From Spirochaetia bacterium (GTDB taxonomy: Bacteria; Spirochaetota; Spirochaetia; DSM-2461): a stretch of DNA of 64,000 nucleotides. Of this stretch, positions 59,782 through 64,000 are shown in pieces (position 1 is the first letter of the stretch; each line of letters opens with the position of its first letter). The notes under the pieces are model-generated. The model had not been told where the DNA came from, did no database searches, and saw only the letters and a program-made list of their open reading frames with translations. The stretch lies in assembly GCA_963666985.2 (NCBI GenBank), contig CAXXIA010000002.1, positions 1,184,001 through 1,248,000 on the forward strand. Direction: 5' to 3'. The position numbers and the translations under genes are program-made.

Positions 59782-62034
59782 ATGACTAAAAACTGGATAC
59801 AAGAAGAAAACGGAACAAAGATAATACGCAGTACGGCGCGGACAGGTCCCGGCTGTCATCAAGGATGCGGGGTTCTGCTGCATGTCAAAGACGGCAGGCT
59901 TATTAAAGTCGAAGGCAATCCGGAATTCCCTTTCAGTCGGGGACGGCTCTGTCCCCGCTGTCTGGCGCTTCCCGAAGTTGTGTATCATCCCGACAGACTC
60001 ACCGCACCGTTAAAAAGAATGGGAAAAAGAGGCGAGGACAAATGGAAAGAAATCTCCTGGGACGAGGCGCTTGATACCATTGCCGAAAAACTCAAAGGGT
60101 ACAAAGCCGAATATGGAGCGGAGTCGGTTCTTTTCTGCACCGGCACACAGCGGGACATCGGCTCCTATTTGAACCGGCTGGCCACTTCATTCGGCAGTCC
60201 TCATACCCTGACCTTCGGTCCGCTGCTCGGACATGCATGCTACTTGCCGAGACTGGCGACATCGCTCGCGGTTATGGGCTCCTTCGCCGTCGCCGACTGC
60301 TCTCAGTATTTCCCCGACCGTTTCGAGAATCCTCAATGGAAAAGACCGGAATGCATCGTCGTCTGGGGCGCGTCGGTTACCGAGGCCGGTTCGGACGGTT
60401 TCATGGGCCACTGGATTACCGAATGCATGAAGCGGGGCACGGAACTCATCGTTATCGATCCCCGAAGAACCTGGATTGCCTCACGGGCCCGGATTTGGCT
60501 GAAGATTCGTCCCGGCACGGATGCGGCTCTGGCCCTCGGCTTCATCAACATCCTTATCGGAGAAAAGCTTTATGATGAACCTTTCGTTACGAAGTGGACT
60601 CATGGCTTTGAAGATCTCAAGAAACGTGCCGAGGAATACACGCCTGAACGGGTTTCGGAGATAACCTGGATTCCAAAAGAACAAATCATCGCGGCGGCAA
60701 GAATGTATGCCGCATCCAAACCGGCGGCGGTTCACTGGGGGGTTGGTTTCGATCAAACCAAGGAATGCGTACCGGCCGCTCACGCCGCCCTCAGCCTGTG
60801 GGCCTTAACCGGCAATATCGACGTGCCGGGCGGAAATATCTTTACCGGAAGAAACTTCGACTTTAATGCGTTCTACAGATGGCCCGATATCCGCCTTCCG
60901 GAAGAACAGAGGGAAAAGGCCTGCGGCATTAAAGATTACCCCATGCTCCGCATGATGAACCATTACATGGGAGACGCCGTCCTTGATCAGATGATCTCCG
61001 GAAAGCCCTATCCGATGAAGGCCGCCTGGATTGAAGGGACCAATACGTTCGTCTGCGGATCCGGAAACTCCAAGCGAACCTATGAAGCCTTCAAAAAAAT
61101 GGAATTCGTTACGGTGGTTGATCTCTTCATGACCCCCACGGCCATGGCGTTTGCCGATATTATTCTTCCCGCGGCAACGTATCCGGAACGGGACGGCATC
61201 GCCGTCATGGACGGTCATAACTATCTGGCGGCAATCAATAAAGCCATCGAGCCGATAGGCCGCTGTAAACCCGATACAGAAATCCTTCTTGAAATGGGCA
61301 AACGCCTGGCTCCCGAATACTGGCCGTGGAATAACGTTCGGGAAATGTTTGACGCCATGCTTGCCCATACGGGAAAATCCTTCGAATCCCTGCGGGAAGA
61401 AGACGCCGCCTATGATGAATTTGTTTATCAGAAACATGAAAAAGGGCTTCTTCGTCCCGACGGCAGGCCCGGCTTCAATACTCCAAGCGGAAAAATCGAA
61501 CTCTATTCGAAGAATTTTGAACAATGGAATCTCGATCCTCTTCCCTATTTCGAAGAACCGCCGGAGAGTCCGGTAAGCACGCCCGAGATTGCCGAGAAAT
61601 ATCCTTACGTACTCACCACAGGAGGAAGAACAATCGCGTTCTTCGCCTCCGAGCAAAGGCAAATCCCCTCTCTCAGAAAACTCAATCCGGATCCTCTTGT
61701 TGAGATTCATCCGGAAACGGCGGCCCGGCATGGAATAAACGACGGAGACTGGGTTTACATTGAGAACGCATACGGCCGCTGTACCCAACGGGCTAAAATT
61801 ACCACCGGGATTGATCCTCAAGTCGTTCACGCACAGCACGGCTGGTGGTTTCCCGAAAAAAACGGAGCCGAGCCGGAACTCTTCGGAGCCTGGGAATCCA
61901 ACATCAATCTTCTCCTCCCGTCCGGATGGACGGGCCGGTCGGGAATCGGCTATCCCTTCAAGGCGATGATGTGCGGGATTTCGAAGAATAACGAAAAATC
62001 CGGCGGAACCATGCGGAAGAAAGAAGGAAGCTGA
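59782..62034 (+). CDS. Cytoplasmic Mo/W-bisPGD oxidoreductase, acetylene-hydratase/catechol-dehydroxylase-like catalytic subunit
   Basis: 'TGPGCHQGCG...LCPR', 'HACYLPR', 'PGTDAALA', 'TGNIDVPGG', 'GFNTPSGKIE', 'QHGWW'; no Tat motif. Confidence 0.88.
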   Translation: MTKNWIQEENGTKIIRSTARTGPGCHQGCGVLLHVKDGRLIKVEGNPEFPFSRGRLCPRCLALPEVVYHPDRLTAPLKRMGKRGEDKWKEISWDEALDTIAEKLKGYKAEYGAESVLFCTGTQRDIGSYLNRLATSFGSPHTLTFGPLLGHACYLPRLATSLAVMGSFAVADCSQYFPDRFENPQWKRPECIVVWGASVTEAGSDGFMGHWITECMKRGTELIVIDPRRTWIASRARIWLKIRPGTDAALALGFINILIGEKLYDEPFVTKWTHGFEDLKKRAEEYTPERVSEITWIPKEQIIAAARMYAASKPAAVHWGVGFDQTKECVPAAHAALSLWALTGNIDVPGGNIFTGRNFDFNAFYRWPDIRLPEEQREKACGIKDYPMLRMMNHYMGDAVLDQMISGKPYPMKAAWIEGTNTFVCGSGNSKRTYEAFKKMEFVTVVDLFMTPTAMAFADIILPAATYPERDGIAVMDGHNYLAAINKAIEPIGRCKPDTEILLEMGKRLAPEYWPWNNVREMFDAMLAHTGKSFESLREEDAAYDEFVYQKHEKGLLRPDGRPGFNTPSGKIELYSKNFEQWNLDPLPYFEEPPESPVSTPEIAEKYPYVLTTGGRTIAFFASEQRQIPSLRKLNPDPLVEIHPETAARHGINDGDWVYIENAYGRCTQRAKITTGIDPQVVHAQHGWWFPEKNGAEPELFGAWESNINLLLPSGWTGRSGIGYPFKAMMCGISKNNEKSGGTMRKKEGS

Positions 62035-62035
62035 T

Positions 62036-62362
62036 ATGGCAAAATTTGGATTCCTGATTGATTACGGCTTGTGCATCGGCTGCCGCGGATGCGAAATAGC
62101 CTGCCGAAAGGAACATAACAGACCGGAGGGAGAGTCCGGCATTGTCGTGAAGAAAATTGAAGCGGATGAAAACGGCGGCAAGCCCGTCTTCTTACCTTTT
62201 CATACGGAAAAATGCAATTTGTGCGGCAAAAGAATCTCCCAAGGGAAACGTCCGGCCTGTGTTCATAACTGCTGGGGACAAGTACTGACTTTCGGAAAAA
62301 TCGAGGAACTGGCGGAACTTATGAAAGGGAAAAAAAGAGTTGTCCTTTCGGCTCCTCGATAA
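62036..62362 (+). CDS. Small 4Fe-4S subunit of the Mo enzyme
   Basis: 'LIDYGLCIGCRGCEIAC', 'CNLC', 'PACVHNC'; 108 aa; starts 1 bp after the catalytic gene. Confidence 0.88.
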   Translation: MAKFGFLIDYGLCIGCRGCEIACRKEHNRPEGESGIVVKKIEADENGGKPVFLPFHTEKCNLCGKRISQGKRPACVHNCWGQVLTFGKIEELAELMKGKKRVVLSAPR

Positions 62363-62423
62363 AAGCCGCGCTGAAAGAAACAGTTCTTTATTTAAGAGAA
62401 AATCGAATCCTCCGGAAAAGGGC

Positions 62424-63014
62424 ATGATGAATCGAAAAAAAGATCAAATGAAAATCGGCGTACTCATTCTTGCCGGCGGAAAAAGTTCCAGAATGGGCTT
62501 GGATAAGGCCGCACTTTCTTTCGGGAATGAAAATTTCACGGAACACTTGGCAAAAGAACTCTCAAATTATTCGGAACTTCTTCTTTCACGAACGAATGAA
62601 TCCCAAGAAGATTTCGGGCTTCGGTCCGTATACGATATTTATCCCGGATGCGGTCCGATCGGCGGACTGCATGCCGCGCTGACTTCCTGCGTTTCCGAAG
62701 CCCTGCTTACGGTTCCCTGCGACACACCGCTGTTCACCGCCGAATTGAGCCGTTTTCTCTGTTCGCAAATATCGGCCGATTATGACGCGGTTGTTCTAAC
62801 CGACGGTAACCGAAAATATCCTCTCTGCGCCGTTTATAAAAAAAGTGCTTTATGCGTTCTTAAGCGTCATATTGAACGAAATGATTTCCGAATGCTTTCG
62901 GTACTTGACGATCTCAAAGTCCGTTATATCAATATTGAAGAAACGGAATATTCTGCCGACTGTCTGAAAAACATCAATAATTGGGATGAATATCGGCAGC
63001 TGCTCAACACATAA
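62424..63014 (+). CDS. mobA: Molybdenum cofactor guanylyltransferase
   Basis: 'ILAGGKSSRMG.DKA', 'GPIGGL', 'PCDTP', 'PLCAVY', 'NIN'. Confidence 0.92.
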   Translation: MMNRKKDQMKIGVLILAGGKSSRMGLDKAALSFGNENFTEHLAKELSNYSELLLSRTNESQEDFGLRSVYDIYPGCGPIGGLHAALTSCVSEALLTVPCDTPLFTAELSRFLCSQISADYDAVVLTDGNRKYPLCAVYKKSALCVLKRHIERNDFRMLSVLDDLKVRYINIEETEYSADCLKNINNWDEYRQLLNT

Positions 63015-63062
63015 CGGCCATCCGAAAACAGCAGCGGAAAAACAGTCTCGAGATTCGGCATT

Positions 63063-63115
63063 AAAAAAACGGCAATGCCGCATCGTTGGAACACGATACG
63101 GCATATACCGATTTT
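63063..63115. terminator. Probable bidirectional terminator between convergent mobA and dctP
   Basis: ATGCCGCATCGT(63075-86)/ACGATACGGCAT(63093-104) stem flanked by A and T runs. Confidence 0.6.
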
Positions 63116-63127
63116 ATTTGCCGATAA

Positions 63128-64000
63128 CTAATTCTTGGCGTAGTAGGCTTCGGACAAAGCCTGCAGCTTTTTGACCAGCTGATCAGCGCCTTCAACCTCA
63201 AGATAGATATCCATCATGGGCTTATAGACTTCCTGGAATTCGGCATAAAAAGCATCGTTCACATCAGCGAAAGTTACCCCATTATCCTTCATGGTCTGAA
63301 CGGCACCTTCGGTATACGTCTTAGCATAGTCGTACTCATAACCAACGGTAACATCCATAATGGTCTTCAGAACCAAATCTTTCAGGTCGGCGGGCAGCTT
63401 ATCAAGGAAAGCGGTTCCCAGAATAAAAGCGTTTCCACCGGTGAAATCAGGCATCTCAAGACAATATTTGGCATACTCGTAATGCTTCTGAGGAGCATAC
63501 AGAGTGGGTGCGGCCATGGCGCCGTCGATCGTTCCCTGCTGAAGACTGACTGAAAGCTCACTGCTGTCGAAGAATGTAGATGTACCGCCCATTCCTTCGG
63601 TAAGAACCTTGGTATAGGCATTCGGGAAACCCCACAGTTTCATACCGGCTACATCGGTCATCTTATTAACCGGTTTTTTTGTCAGCATATACTTCGACCG
63701 GTCCGTTATCAGCATTGAAGCGATATGAAGACCTTTCTTATTCAATAATTCATTAATGCAGTCATTATTGTCCGCATTAAGAATTCTGCAGAAGGATTCG
63801 GAGTCTTTACCGCAAATTCCGGGAACTTCAACAAACCCCATTATCGGAGCCGCGCTGACCATAAAACTGCAGGGAAAAATTGCACCCTCAACACTGCCGG
63901 CCTGCATTCCTTCCAAGAGCTGTGCGGCCGTACCCAACTGAGCAGCCGGATAAACCTGAACCTTAATTCTTCCGTTACTGGCGGCCTCAAGCTCTTTCTT
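63128..64000 (-). CDS. dctP: TRAP transporter substrate-binding protein (DctP family); 5' end outside the window
   Basis: Frame open to the window edge: 'SNGRIKVQVYPAAQLG', 'SLQQGTIDG', 'DKLPADLK'. Confidence 0.85.
   Translation of the reverse strand, partial: KKELEAASNGRIKVQVYPAAQLGTAAQLLEGMQAGSVEGAIFPCSFMVSAAPIMGFVEVPGICGKDSESFCRILNADNNDCINELLNKKGLHIASMLITDRSKYMLTKKPVNKMTDVAGMKLWGFPNAYTKVLTEGMGGTSTFFDSSELSVSLQQGTIDGAMAAPTLYAPQKHYEYAKYCLEMPDFTGGNAFILGTAFLDKLPADLKDLVLKTIMDVTVGYEYDYAKTYTEGAVQTMKDNGVTFADVNDAFYAEFQEVYKPMMDIYLEVEGADQLVKKLQALSEAYYAKN

Noticed and set aside
56856..61839. Antisense ORFs 56856-58040 and 60805-61839
   Set aside because: Shadows of leuS and the Mo enzyme; no independent evidence of coding.
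59782..62034. Bona fide acetylene hydratase
   Set aside because: It lacks the CxxCD motif with the catalytic Asp and has a separate FeS subunit.

Overview
A gene-dense 64-kb bacterial chromosomal segment. It most likely comes from a free-living anaerobic spirochaete, an inference from the lipoprotein signal styles and gene content rather than from a marker gene. In order, it carries: (1) a Liv-type ABC importer with phenylacetate-CoA-ligase-like and TetR genes behind a perfect 24-bp palindromic operator; (2) a MacAB-like exporter; (3) an Fe3+/AfuABC-type ABC importer with a metallophosphoesterase, GntR and a HAD hydrolase; (4) a divergent, ROK-controlled amino-sugar-type locus of about 13 kb; (5) an orphan histidine kinase, an aldo/keto reductase and a shikimate dehydrogenase-like gene; (6) a large, probably exported WD40-caspase-ankyrin protein, then YkgJ and DUF434; (7) a cytoplasmic [FeFe]-hydrogenase-like/MCP fusion; (8) mtnP-mtnA opposite a cN-II-type 5'-nucleotidase; (9) two duplicated orphan sugar-binding lipoproteins facing a histidine kinase and a REC-EAL protein; (10) PlsC-like, GT2 and TPR genes, then leuS; (11) a two-subunit Mo/W-bisPGD enzyme resembling acetylene hydratase and catechol dehydroxylases, with mobA, next to a TRAP binding protein that lacks the canonical carboxylate-binding Arg. 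Two single-base frameshifts are visible (near 5972 and 25817). I recognised no rRNA, tRNA, CRISPR array or transposase. All family calls come from motif recognition by eye; no database search was run.
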